Of a stretch of DNA of 64,000 nt, positions 49,212-62,591 are shown one piece after another. The notes beneath the pieces are model-generated. The model searched no databases. It saw only the letters and a program-made list of their open reading frames with translations, and was not told the origin of the DNA. Source of the stretch: Eledone cirrhosa (lineage: Eukaryota); the NCBI GenBank assembly GCA_964016885.1, contig OZ024742.1, forward strand, positions 95,728,001 through 95,792,000, written 5' to 3'. How positions within the stretch are numbered: the first letter of the stretch is position 1; the number at the start of each line of letters is the position of its first letter. The position numbers and the translations under genes are program-made.

Positions 49212-50148
49212 TGTGTGTGTCTACTCTGGGATTTTTACATAGCATTACCTATTGAGTATGCTGAGATGCAACCGGTACTAGCAGTAAAACTTTTGCTAGT
49301 CCTGTCAACTTATTATTTTCCCTCAACTAGCAGATTGCCAATGAGAGTAAGTTGAACAATTTTCCACATTTTTTATTGTGTTTTGTTTAATATGTGTTCT
49401 AATACGTTTTCTCTCACTCAGCTATTGAATCCTACAAGTTGTGAAATTGACCACTTTATGCACGTGGTTGGTCAAAATATCTTGAATTTGAATTCTAACT
49501 AGCGCTCTAATTCTAAATCTCTGTCAAATCGCCTGTTAGCATTTAATGTCCAGAAAGGCTTTAGGCACTACCATTGTTACTGTCGCACTATTTTCCCCAT
49601 GGTAATAGAATGATACCATTCTACTGTACAGTGATTTTTAATTCACTTGTTAATGTGTGTTTGAGATATGTCGGCGAGAGCTTATGGCTGAAGTGGAAGT
49701 ATTTGAATTTCAACTTCTACCATCACATAAGTTTCTGAACTAGTAGCCAATTGGGTGATGGCATGTGATGAAGTGTAGGGATTTTAGTTGTTAATGTACT
49801 GTTATGTTGTCTCTCACATTCACTGCCATAGCCGACACGGACTGGAATTGAATACTGTTGATCTATTGGTTATTGATTAGGTGAAACCTGCTGATGAACC
49901 CACATGCACCAATTGTGCATTGTTGCATAATAAATGCAGACAGTGGATGCTGTGAACCATTTTGCTGCATTAAGTGTGACCAAAACTCTAGTACGGGTAT
50001 AAATTTCAGGGACCCATTTACATGTGTTGTATTGAAGCAAATAACATTGTTTCTACTCTGGTATTTTTACATAACATTACCTACTATTGAGTATGCTGAG
50101 ATGTAACCAGTAGTAGCAGTGAAACTTTTGCTAGTCTCGTCAACTTCT
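49212..50148 (+). mobile_element. ~940-bp element with ~100-bp terminal direct repeats and an internal hammerhead-like core (PLE pLTR- or retrozyme-like)
   Basis: CTACTCTGG.ATTTTTACATA.CATTACCTA..TTGAGTATGCTGAGATG..TAGCAGT.AAACTTTTGCTAGTC..GTCAACTT occurs at ~49220-49311 and ~50053-50147. CTGATGA-ACCC...GGGT lies at 49891-49998. Confidence 0.6.
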
Positions 50149-50167
50149 TATTATATATATGTGTATA

Positions 50168-50212
<45 letters not shown>

Positions 50213-50358
50213 GTATATGTATTAGAAAGTGAGGTTTTTTTTACAAAATGAAAAATAACCGAGGTGTCCTACACAAGTGAAATTATAAAGAAAAAAAGAT
50301 GAAATCGAAAATGCAACTGGAGTCTTATTTAAGAAAATATATATATATTTATTTGGTT

Positions 50359-50396
50359 CCTTTACCGGTTTCGCAGTTCTTCTGCTTTTCAAAAGT
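50359..50396 (-). ncRNA. minimal hammerhead (U3-A8 variant) in the PLE 3' end
   Basis: CTT-TTGAAAA-GCAGAAGAACTGC-GAAA-CCGG-TA-AAG. Confidence 0.7.
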
Positions 50397-51423
50397 AGAG
50401 TTGAGATGGAAGGTCTGTGGTTTTTCTCACATCTGGTTGGTCTTTGAATGTTACTTGTTTTATATGGAAAAAAGTGGCTTGAAACGCCAGGTTTTTAGGG
50501 AAGTAATTTGATTGCTTGGTCAATAATTATAATAAATTTCGCGCTAGTTCGCGTTACAAAGTTCTTCAAAAAAAGGGGGGGGGGCTCAGGTTGTTTTTTT
50601 CATATATGAGTGTTTGAATTTCTTTTTACTTAAAAAACGTTTTTTTAATAAACGTAATTTCATTGGTTATAAATGAAATTATGGCTGTCACGTGAACAAG
50701 TTTTCATTAAATTTTGTGCCCTTATTTGAAAATCTATTCTGTAGCCTTTTTAGAGAATTTTATGACAAGCAAAAGATAATGGTCAAGAGAAATGGGATGG
50801 TAGAATTGTTCTGGTTCAGTCAATATGGTTAGTTCGCTGGGGTGTCAGAATTCAGATTTTCTATTGAAATAAAGAAAGTAAAGATATGTATGTTTATATG
50901 TGTGCTTGTGTGTGTGTGTATATTGGAAGATGATTCTATTAGTAGAAATGGGGGAGGGAGTTGTGTGAGTGTGTATATGGGTGTCACGTGTGTGTGTGTG
51001 TGTGTGGGCGTATGTTAAGATGGAGAGAATATATATATATTTTGTGTGTGTGTATATATGTGTGTAGGAAAGTGATTCTATTAGTAGAAATGGAGGAGGG
51101 AGTTGTATGTGTTTGGGGCGGGGGTTATTATGTGTGTGTATGGGTGTTATGTATGTGTGGGAGCATGGTTAGCATGTTAAGATGAAGAGAATATATATAT
51201 ATATTGTGTGTGTGTGTGTAGGAAAATGATTTCTTTAGTAGGAATATTTTTTAATGAACATATTTTCCTTACTTATTCGTATTTGTTCTGTTATATTGTC
51301 AGCGTAAACGTATGTTGAGATTTATTTAGTTCGGGTTTTTATTTTCTAAAGTAGCAGGTGTTATGGGTGTGTTTATGTGTCTGTTTGGATGGTTAGCATA
51401 TTATGGTGTTGACATAATGTATA

Positions 51424-53280
51424 TTAAACCATATTTAATGCTGATCTATATTTTTGAATAAACATATTTTCCTTATTTATTCGTATTTGTTCTGTTGTAT
51501 TGTTAGCGCAAAGGTAAAATGGGAAGACTTGCAATTTGGGTGTCTTATTACTTGCGCATATGTCTAGATGTGCGCTTAGTGGTATCTGTCTCGTGGTTAG
51601 ATCTCGTAATTGTTGGCGATGAACTGTCATTCTGTTTCTGAGTGCGAGTTTAGTTTGTCCTATATAATCTTCATTGCATCCTTTACATTTAATGGCATAA
51701 AGTAGATTTTTTGATGAGCAAGTGAAGTGATTTTTTACAGTAAAATGTTGTCCTGATTTAAATGTATATGTGTTGCCTTCAATGAGGTGAGTGCAGGTTC
51801 CACAATTAGAGCGACCACATTTTTTGACAGTTGGTTGTGGGTTTGTGGTAGGTAATTTGGCATGGGTGAGTAATGTTTTCAGTGATCTCGTTTGTCTTTT
51901 GCTTTTTATTATTTTGTGTGTTTCAAGGGCTTTTTTCGTTCTTGGGTCTTGTTTTAGTAGTGGGATGTTCTTGTGAATAGTGTTGTAAGCTTCCGCATTT
52001 CTTGGGTTGTGTGTTGAGATATATGATAGAATATTGGACGTACCTTGAATTTGTTTCTGTTTTCGTAATTCATCAATGTCTATTGCTTTAGCCTTTTCTA
52101 TTCCATTATTTATTAGGGTGGGTACTCTCTTTCGAGTAGAATTTCCTTTAATTCTTGAAGTCTTTTATTTCGCGTTTCATAATTGGAGACAATTGTGCAA
52201 ATTCTTCTTGCTAGTTTAAAAGGAATGTTCGTCTTCGTGTGCTTTGGATGGGTGGAAGTGAATAGCAGGTATTGTTTGGAATCTGTTGGTTTGTAGTGTA
52301 TATCAGTTTCAATATTTGTGTCTTTTTTTAAGATTAAGATGTCCAAAAATGGGAGTTGATCTTGGCTGTATTCCATTGTGAATTGGATGTGGTTATTGAT
52401 GCCGTTTATTAAGTTTTTGAAATCCTTCAGTTGGTCGAGTGTGTGGGACCAATGAATGAGACAATCATCCAAGTAGCGTTTCCAATTCTCTGATAAATAT
52501 TTGTGGAAGTTCAATCCGTATTTTGATTTGGACTGTTCATATATCTGGACTTCTAAGTATTCAATGACTAAGTTGGCATAAGTTGGAGCGGCTTTTGTAC
52601 CCATCGCAATCCCCGATATTTGCTTGTAAGTACTGCCATCGAAATAAAAAAAGTTGTTCTGTAAGATGAATTTTAATCCCTCGGTGATGAAGCTTTTTTC
52701 TATTCTGCCAGGTATCTCATTGGGATATTTCTCTAGCCAGAATCCTATTGCTTCTAGTCCGTATTGGTGTGGGATCGTTGTGTAGAGATTCACTCCATCG
52801 AAAGACACAATAATAGTGTCGTTGTTGACATTTTGGGGGAGGTGGTTTAAGAGGTCCAGATCGTCTCTTACAAGGCTTGGTATGTGTTTGACAATTTGTT
52901 TTAGTAGTATGTCTATAAAGTTGCTCGGTCTGTGTGTTTCACGTTGTGGGCCCGCTACAATTGGTCTTAATTTAAGGTCTGTGGGGTATTGTGTGATCAC
53001 AAAGGCTTTGGTGGATTGTTTACAGGCATCGTTAATTATTTTACACTTGTGGATCTTGGGAAGTCCGTAAAGATTGCTGGTTTTGTATTCAAAATGTGTT
53101 AAATAATCGCATTCCTTTTTAGTTAAGTCTTACTGGTATCGACAAATCAGTGTGTTTATTCTGGTCATTGTTTTTGATTGCTGGTACTTTTTTACTCTTT
53201 CATAGTAATTAGATTTTTTTAAGAGAGAGAACATAGAATTTTTATATTTTTCAACATCCATAATGACAACAGTACTTCCC
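51424..53280 (-). pseudogene. PLE RT-GIY-YIG ORF with one stop and one frameshift (near 52113)
   Basis: Motifs YGLPKIHK, LRPIV, SFD..LYT.IP, GIAMG, RYLDD, LPFLD, CGRSNCGTC, LLYAIKC..C..YIGQT and KENMFI. Confidence 0.9.
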
Positions 53281-53509
53281 ATGACCGCGAAATTCAAACA
53301 CTCATATATGAAAAAACAACCTGAACCCTCCTTGTTTGAAGAACTTTGTAACGCGAATTGGCGCGAAATTTATTATAATTATTGACGAACCAATCAAATT
53401 ACTTTTCTAAAAACCTGGCGTTTCGAGCCCCTTTTTTCCATATAAACCAAGTAACATTCAAAGACCAACCAGATATGAGAAAAACCACAGACCCGCCATC
53501 TCAACTCTA

Positions 53510-53546
53510 CTTTTGAAAAGCAGAAGAACTGCGAAACCGGTAAAGG
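53510..53546 (+). ncRNA. minimal hammerhead (U3-A8 variant) in the inverted PLE terminus
   Basis: Core identical to the copies at 12933 and 50359. Confidence 0.7.
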
Positions 53547-53618
53547 AACCAAATAAATATATATATATTTTCTTAAATAAGACTCCAGTTGCACTTTCAA
53601 TACCATCTTTTTTCTCTA

Positions 53619-53769
<151 letters not shown>

Positions 53770-54124
53770 AAGTAATTCGTTTTCAAATATGAAAACAGAT
53801 TACATGATTATTCATGATTATCCGTTCCAGTGCCCATGTGAATAATATTTGTTGGGATACTTGTGAAAAGGTCTATTTCCCATTATGACATTACATTCTT
53901 TTTTAAATGTAAACATATTCTGTTACAGTATGGTGTTTTGGACGAGATATTTTAGATGATGCATTTATATCTTATTTAATTCTGAAGATCCTATTGTTGA
54001 GTACCCAATATAAAGGATGAAACATATGTAAATTAAGATATGACATAGAAGTGTTTGGTTTTATTTTTCAAATGTGTATATATATATATATTATTGAACG
54101 GCTAATCAGCATATATATATATAT

Positions 54125-54190
<66 letters not shown>

Positions 54191-54192
<2 letters not shown>

Positions 54193-54385
54193 AAGGCGGG
54201 TAAAATTCCCGAGATCCATGGACGAGCTCTCTCCAGCAGTCTCTGTCCCTCATTATCGCTGCCATGTCCTGCATCTCCAACAGACCAGTGTCTGTCCTTA
54301 GGGCATCAACATACGTTAACCTTGGTCTTCCTCTTCTAGTGTGAAAAGAAATATAGTTTGGTTGACCCAGCATATTGCAGTTCAA
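54191..54385 (-). pseudogene. 3' fragment of a third RTE family whose ORF ends directly at (TA)n
   Basis: RRGRPRLTYVDALRTDTGL..IMRDRDCWRELV, with the stop codon abutting the TA array. Confidence 0.7.
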
Positions 54386-55443
54386 TGACAAACTAATAAA
54401 AGAATAGAATAACATTGTATTATTATATTTCAAATGCTATTTATGAACTTGGATCACCTCTCAAAGGATTCATGAGGGTTGGCCATTGAAATGAATATTA
54501 TATATCATGTTACAATAAATGTGTTGTAGTTTGTTTGAAGCATTGTGTTTATGCATAAAGTAGTCTGTTATTCAAAGACTACAACAAAGCATTATGGATG
54601 ATAGATTTTTGAAGAAATCTAAGGTAACAAAGATTGTAGTGTGTCTAACAGTTATTTTATTTACCTGTCCCAATATCTCCTAATATAGGCTCACCATTTT
54701 ACTTTCTGTAACAACAAGCCAGTTTCTTATTATAGTCATCTGTGGAATGGATATTAATCTTGAAACATTATGTCATCTAATAAAATAACTGGTAATACAC
54801 TAATATCTTCATTGCCTTCAATTTATTCCAGAATCTACTATCTAATTCACATTGGAATAGCCTTCAAATAACATACTACTTTGTTACAATAAAAGTTATT
54901 TGTTACATATGAACATATGTTTCACTGTTTGTTAATTAGTAGATAAATAGCTTTGTGTAGGTTCAATTAATAGATCTGAACTGTACAATTTCCATACCAC
55001 ACCCTCTGCACAACAGTTGTATCAGCAAGTGTTGTTCACAGAAATCATGCAATAATTCCAAATATTACAATACTGATGTATTTCAACAGCAGGAGTTCAG
55101 TGCTAATCCTAATGGGAGATATATAAGGTGGTTTATTTGATAGGGTCATTAGAGCATTGGACATGTGTTCTGAGTTTGTGTTCTAAGTTCAAACATAGCC
55201 AAGGTTCACTTTGCTATTCATCCTTATGGAATTGATAAAGAAGATATCAGTTCTGTGCTTGGGCAGCTCACTCTCCTTTCAGCTTTTACATCCTGCATGT
55301 GAAAACTGAAAAAAGAGTGAGCTATGACAGCAAGAAGGGAGGGTCAAGACAGTGCCTGTAACTGCTCTTGACTGTATGGGTACATAAAGTCTTAGCAAAA
55401 GCAGGTAATACCTTGAAGTCCTACTTGATTGTGTGATAGCTGT

Positions 55444-55494
<51 letters not shown>

Positions 55495-56229
55495 GTTTGT
55501 ATTTATGTGTGTGTGAGGATGTGAGTAAATATATATGTATTTATATGGTGGGGTGGAAGCATGGGGAAGAGATAGGTAGGGGGTAAGCGATGGGTAAGGG
55601 GTAGCAGTAACTGGTTCGTGTATGGGTAGAGGGGATGTGTTTGATAGAGTGGGGGGTTGCAGTGGAGAGATAAATATAGGAGTAAGTGTTTGTACTGGAG
55701 GGAGTGAACTAGCGGTAAAGAGAGTAGCTATAGGGTGCAATGGTAAAGATGTCTTTAGAGGGGCTTTAGTATTTAAGAGCAGTGAATTGGCAGAGTCATT
55801 AGAACATCAGAGAGATTGCTTCAAGTGTTTGTTTTGGCTCTCTACTCTCTGAGTTCAAATCCCACTGCAAAAAACTTTGCCTTTTACCCATTCAAGGTCA
55901 ATAAAAATGTACTGGTCAAGTACTGGGGTCAATTCTTCATTTATATCTCTTTCTCACTTCCATTCACTCACTTTCTATCCTTCTCTGGAAGAAATCTACT
56001 GATTCAGACCTGAAGAAGGATGGGCTCCACCAGGTTTTTAAGAAAATACTCTAGAAACATTATATGTCAATGTGACACCTTTATGACTTTCTCAGGATTT
56101 ACAGGGCCATACCATATAAACATAGTAGTTAAAGAGTGGTTCTAGAGAGGGCATGGGTGGTGGATACAGTAGTGGTGAAGATAGATGGTAGGGAGTGCTA
56201 GTGAAAAGGAGGAAGAGGGTCCCATGGAT

Positions 56230-56720
56230 GGTTCAAGTCATATTTTCTGATTCTGGCTGCATTTCCATAGTGACATCACTGAGCCAGCCCTCTCAATCCT
56301 TTGTCATTTCCGTTGTGAGGCTTAGTTTCTTAAGGTCACTCTTCATAACCTCATCCAATGTCTTCCTGGCTCTGACTTTTCCTCGGGCTCCAACCAGGGA
56401 AATTGCTCTGCATTACATTATGCACCTGCTACCTTCCATATACATCACATGTCTATATCAACGCAATCTTGTCTCTTGCACATTACATACAGTTCCTCTT
56501 ATTTCATGTTTTCCTCTCAATTCACTTATGTTACGTCGTACATGCTCACTAACATTACATATCCATTGGAGCATACTTAATTCATTCCTCTCCAGGTCTT
56601 CTGTGGTTTAGGCCCGGTTTCACTGTCATGTAGCATTGCAGTTTGCATGCAAGGATCATACAGTCTACCCTTCATTCTGAGTAAGAAACCCTTTGTTGTC
56701 AGCAGAGATATCACTTCCCA
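56230..56720 (-). pseudogene. old RTE RT C-terminal fragment
   Basis: Minus strand reads NKGFLTQNEG, LYDPCMQTAMLHDSET, QETRLR*YRHVM and ARKTLDEVM. Confidence 0.7.
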
Positions 56721-56790
56721 TGCACGGATGCAATATGGATGTAAAAACGATGATGATGATGATATATATATACACCATTAGATTCATCAT

Positions 56791-56864
<74 letters not shown>

Positions 56865-57441
56865 CCTACATACAGCCATTCTATTTGCTGAATAACAATA
56901 CATATTGTACAAAAACATAACGATACTCTATTGAATCTGATAGCTCTATTCTCAATGTTTATAAGTCTTTGCAGTTTCTAGTGTGGTGTATTTATTTGCA
57001 TAGGTTCACACATGTTTGCATGCATGTTTCCATGTGTGTGTTTTTCGATGCATGTATACTTTTGTGTGTATGTGTGAATGTGTGTGTGTCTGCTTGCATA
57101 GGTTCACACATATATGCATGTATGTTAATATTTGTATATTTGCTTGCATGTCTGTACATACATATACAGTATATATCTCTGTGTATATGTGCACATGAGT
57201 GCATACCATTTCTATTCATTGAATTGGTTTTAATCACATTTCTTTATGTAGAGATTAAATGTATATATACTTGTGTATATACATGAGCATGTGTATCTGA
57301 ACACATATACTTACCCCCCGCAAACACTGCCCCTACTCACATGCAAACACACTTTCACAAATAAACATACTTTTCTATAAACTAGCTATTGAGTTCTTTA
57401 TTTTCCTTTGTGGCTTTTTGTATCTAAAACCAACACATTCT

Positions 57442-57503
<62 letters not shown>

Positions 57504-57579
57504 GTATGTATCTATGTATGTATATATATTTATATATATATATGTATGTATATATACATATATATATATATATTATATG

Positions 57580-57614
<35 letters not shown>

Positions 57615-57656
57615 GTATGTATGTATATGTTATGTATGTATGTATATATATATATG

Positions 57657-57696
<40 letters not shown>

Positions 57697-58443
57697 AATA
57701 TACATACATACATATACATATATATACATAAATATACATATATATACATACATACATACATATATATATACATACATACATACATACACACACGTATATA
57801 TATATATATATATACATAGAGAGAGAGAGGGGAAGATATAATATATATACATATATTCTCACACAGGCCACCGATAGGTTTTCAAACATCGTTCCACCAT
57901 TTGATAAAATATTATTGTTTGCTGTTGTTTGTAAATGTTTGTAATTCTGTATCTGCTGTTGTATACTCTTTCTTCTATTCCTCTTGTTCTTCTTCAAGTC
58001 ATAGTTGTCACAGTTGTTGTTGTTGTTGACATATTTGTTGTTGCAGTTGCCAAACTAATGTTGTTGTTTCCCTATTGTTTATTTTTTGTTATTGTTATTG
58101 TTCTTCTTAAATCGATAGGGGTCTCAATTTGTTTATTTTCCTACATGCGATAAACCCCAAATCAATTTCCATTCTCTGATTTTACCTTCCGATAACCAAA
58201 ATAAATATTGGAATGTATAATTGGGGAAAGGGTTGTGTGGGTGGCAGCTGTTGTTAGTTTGGGTGGGGCAATTGGAAAGAGAGTGAGGGCGTATTAGAAG
58301 AAGAATTCCATGAAGAAAATGACGATGATGTGGGACATGATGCTGATAATGAGGATAGTGATCATGAATTATGAGGATAGTCATGATAATGATCATGTTG
58401 ATGATGATTATGATCATGGTGGTAATCATCATCATCATCATCA

Positions 58444-58475
<32 letters not shown>

Positions 58476-59216
58476 GTGCTATCGAGGAGCTTTGACAGTT
58501 CGGGATAAAATCTACAGGCATGGAAGTGCCGTCAGCCGGGCATCTTCCAAGATGCACGCAGGGCGACGAAACCGTCCTGCACACATTCGTCCAATGTCCG
58601 AGCATTGCTGACTTGTGGGTTTATGTCGAACACCTGCTGTCGCGTGTAGAACGGATCCGGCTATTAGCTGAGTCCATCGTGAGGATTGCCCCGCCCTCTT
58701 CCTTTAGCCGGGAAGGGCAGGCAGTTTCTATCTGTTTGGTGGTCATGGCGAAAGAGATAGTATGGTGGACACCTCTGAAAAGGCTGAAGACAAACACTTA
58801 CCTCTTCGGTGATGCCCTGATTAACTTTTTCAAATTTCATTTGGAAAGGAAAATCAGGGTAGAGAGGGAAGTGCTCTCTTCCCAGCATTTTGTTGAAAGA
58901 TGGGTGAGAAAGGCAGGAATGGCCCGAGTGAATGGGCCTACTCTGAGTATGTGCCTGTAAATAGAAGGTGGAAAACTGGGAGAGGGCAGTTGCCCTGGTG
59001 GTCAGGGTCACCGTGGCTTTTTTAATGGGCTTTCTCCACGATGGCCCTCAGAAGTCTCCCCCCTATTGGGGAATTTTTCTTTGTTTCTTATTTGTTACAT
59101 CCTCTGTTTTTGTTTTTTTACACGCAGAAATGCCCATTTGTACCGTCCTGTATTGTCCTGTACTGTAACTAATGTCTTACTTTGTGTAAACCCTTGTGGC
59201 TAATATAGAAATCATT
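58476..59216 (+). mobile_element. L1/Tx1-like LINE 3' end (ORF2 CCHC region + 3' UTR)
   Basis: PRCTQGDETVLHTFVQCPSIADLW is an L1/Tx1 C-terminal zinc knuckle, followed by AKEIVW. The T-rich 3' UTR ends CCCTTGTGGCTAATATAGAAATCATT, and both ends are in (TTA)n. Confidence 0.8.
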
Positions 59217-59228
59217 AATATTATTATT

Positions 59229-61250
59229 ATTCTTTGAGTCTCAGTCATTGATATTTGGATTGGCAGTATAGAGGGTCGGACGCCATGCTTTACAGCATAG
59301 TTACGTCCCTTTACGATCTGAGTTCAAATCCCGCCGAGGTTGACTTTGCCTTTCATCCTTACGGGGTCGATAAAATAAAGTACCAGTAATGCACTGGATA
59401 ATTGTTGGCCTTGTGCCTAAAGTAGAAACAATTATTTATCTGGAAAGTTTGTTGAAAGGAATATCAAGCCGCTACCTGCAGTCTCAGATATTCAGGACGT
59501 ATCTGAGGGTTCTTGCTGTTCCCAGCAAGCATGCCTTTTGAAGTCTTCCAAAAAGCAGGGCTGGACTAATTTTCTTTAACCATCCTTGGAAACTCTTTGA
59601 GATAGTACCTAATGCGCCTATGACAATCGGGATGACTCTGACATCATGGCAGTTCCAAATCCTTTTTACCTCCCATTTTAAGTCCTGGTATTGGTTAATT
59701 TTCTCCCTCTCCTTTTCTTGCACTCTCATGTCAAATGGGCAGGCTACATCTACAATCAGGCATGATCTTTTTTCCTTGTCCAAAACCACCAGGTCAGGCC
59801 TATTGTGTTCCAGTTTCTTGTCCGTCTGTATCCTAAAATCCCATAGCACCTTCAGCTGATCGTTTTCTATCACCGACTCTGGCTTATGCTCATACCACTT
59901 CTCAGAATGTGGTAAATTGTTTATTTTGCATAGATGCCAGTGGATCACCCTGCCCATCACATCATGTCTCCAGCCTTTATAGTGAGTCTCGGCTAGGTGT
60001 TTACACTCGGATACAATGTGAGCCACAGTCTCCTCTCTCTCTCCACAGATCCTACACAGTGGGCTAGCCTATTCCTTGTAAATATGGTGTTTCACCTACT
60101 TCGTTCTGAGGGCCTGCTCTTGCGCAGCCATTAGCATTCCTTCTGTAGCCTTTTTAAGGTCTCCTCTTTTTAACCTGTTCCATGTCTGTGGATCTCTAAA
60201 TTCAGTTTTCTCAAAGAAGGTACTATAAAGGGATTTTTCATGAAGGTTGCTCTTCCTCCTTGGACATCCCTGGTCTATTGTCCTCTCCTTCAGTACAATT
60301 CTGAGCATTGGCTCCCTACTGTCAGTCACGTATTTGTGCAGGTTGATTTTCTCCATCTGAACACAGTCCTCTATGCTGATAAGACCTCTTCCATCTTCAG
60401 ATCTCTTTAAGTAGAGTCTATCGACATCACTTCTCTTGTGGAACATGTAGATAGCCAATAGCTTCCTAGTCGTCCTATCCATTTCTTTTTGTTCAGCAAC
60501 ATACCATTTCAGAATTCCCGCACTGTACCTAATAATAGACATAGTTCGGGAATTCACTGCCCTTATGACAAATCTACTATTTAGATGTGATTTTAATATG
60601 CTCCTTACTCTTCTAATGTACTCAGATCTTATCAATTCCTTCATTTTTTTGTTCTTGATGTCACCTGCCTCCAGAACATCAAAATATTTGTATCCTTCTT
60701 CAGTGTCAATTTCCTTTATCTTCTCACCTGTTGGTACCTGGATTCCGTTGCTTCTGCTCAATTTACCCCTCTTCATCACTAGGACTCCACACTTATAAAT
60801 ACCAAATTGCATACATATATCATTGCTGAAAATACAGTGTCAACAAGTACATCCAACTCCTTCTCACTCTTCCCAAACAGTTTAAGATCGTCCATGAAGA
60901 GGAGGTGGTTGATGGTAAGCTCTCCTTTTCCCAACTTGTATCCTGCTCTCACTTTTCGCAGTATAATGGTCAGGGGTATCAGGGCAAGGACAAACAACAG
61001 AGGAGACAAACTATCTCCCTGGAAGATACCTCTCTTGATCTTCACGCCTCCCAAGGATTCTCCAGCCGATGTTAACTCTATTTCCCAGGACTTCATACTT
61101 TTGCTGAACAACTGTCTGATGTTATCTGCCACCTTGAAGATCTCTAGGCTTTTGGTGATCCAAGAATGAGGTACCATGTTGAATGCCTTTTTGTAATCTA
61201 TCCATCCCATGGCAAGACCAGTGTGTCTCCTCTTGCAATTCCTCATTACC
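59229..61250 (-). mobile_element. second R4/Dong-type element (frameshifted, older) with a SINE A inserted in its 3' UTR (59258-59436)
   Basis: ORF pieces 60779-61250, 60096-60812 and 59484-60026 carry WIDYKKAF, GIFQGDSLSP, FMDD and NRPD. Closely similar to 29064-30645, and both ends are at (TTA)n. Confidence 0.9.
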
Positions 61251-61277
61251 ATTATTATTATTATTATTAATATATAA

Positions 61278-61876
61278 GGGCAGAGGACTAGCAGCAGTGG
61301 TAGAGGGTTGGACGCCATGCTTTGCAGCATAGAGTTACGGCCCTTTATGATCCGCCTTCAAATCTTGCTGAGGTTAACTTTGCCTTTCATCCTTACAGGG
61401 TCAATAAAATAAAGTACCAGTCACGCAGTGGGGTCGGATTAATCGACTTCCTCCTCCCCCAAAATTACTGGCCTTGTACCTATATAAGAAACCATTTGGC
61501 AGTATCGGTAGAGGATCGGACGCCATGCTTTGACGCCTAGAGTTACGGCCCTTGCCATTCTGAGTTCAAATCCCGCCAAGGTTAACTTTACCTTTCATCC
61601 TTACGGGGTCGATAAAATAAAAGTACCAGTAATGTACTGAGTAATTGCTGGCCTTGTGCCAATAGTAGAAACATTTATTATTATTATTATGTCAAGGTGG
61701 ATTGGCAGTATCGGTAGCGGGTTGGACACCATGCTTTGACGCATAGAGTTACGGCCCTTTCCATTCTGAGATCAAACCCCGTCGAGGTCAACGTTACCTT
61801 TCATCCTTACGGGGTCGAAAGTACCAGTAATGTACTAGGTAATTGCTGGCCTTATGCCAAATGAAGAAACAATTAA
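61278..61876 (+). mobile_element. three tandem SINE family A copies
   Basis: Copies at 61278-61492, 61497-61680 and 61696-61876. Confidence 0.9.
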
Positions 61877-62591
61877 TTGGTTGAAAAAACATGGACTTAA
61901 ACCTGCATGTTATTAAAAGGTTCCCGAGTAGTACAGTAAATTAAAGCCTTTGCGGACGGAACTATGCAATGAAAATATTTTTAATAAGTGTATCTCATCG
62001 TAAACGTATCTCTTAGAAATTCATAAATACCTGTGTAAACCCTTTAAAACAAAATTACAAACTAATTAGGTGGTCATTGAAATTGCTAGAAATAGCAGGA
62101 AAATCTTATACCCTCTACCACATTAAAAAAAGAAAGAACGAAAACGGGAGTAACTCGTTAATATTTATTGAAATAGTCGAAGCGTTACTGCTTCGGACGT
62201 GATAAAAAGGAAATTATATAGAGAATTTTAAATATTTCGAAAGCACAAGCAATCGTCGTGGACTTTATATACTAATTCCTTTCTTTCTGTGTTCGTGGCA
62301 GCTGGCAGCTGAGTATCAACCATCCATAAATAATTTTTACCCGCTAAGAATCTCAATGGGGAAAATTTTTTTCAATTTCTGCCAGTATTACAAAACAAGG
62401 TTATCTTGTAGTTACCCGCGTTAAATTGTTTTTTTTAAAGAAAGTCGGTAGTATCGGGCCCATGAACTTCATTTGTTCTCTAATTTGATAACTATGACTA
62501 TGCATCAACGTGGTGATTTCTAAGTTTATTTATTTACACATGGTGGTGATACGGAAATAAACGAAGGTTTGACGATTGAGAAGGTTGACGA

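Larger units (their letters stand above)
50224..53614 (-). mobile_element. 5'-truncated Penelope-like element (Neptune-type) with an inverted copy of its 3' end at the 5' junction
   Basis: RT + Zn finger + GIY-YIG on the minus strand. 50295-50622 and 53289-53614 form ~325-bp inverted repeats, each with a hammerhead. Flanked by (TA)n and (TC)n(TA)n. Confidence 0.92.

Noticed and set aside
50295-53614. DNA transposon with 325-bp TIRs
   Set aside because: The interior encodes a Penelope RT and GIY-YIG, not a transposase. The repeats are the PLE 3' end, which also occurs solo at 12906.
55283-55404. Candidate host exon (CTCTCCTTTCAG acceptor, CAG|GTAAT donor)
   Set aside because: All three frames contain stops, and there is no other support.
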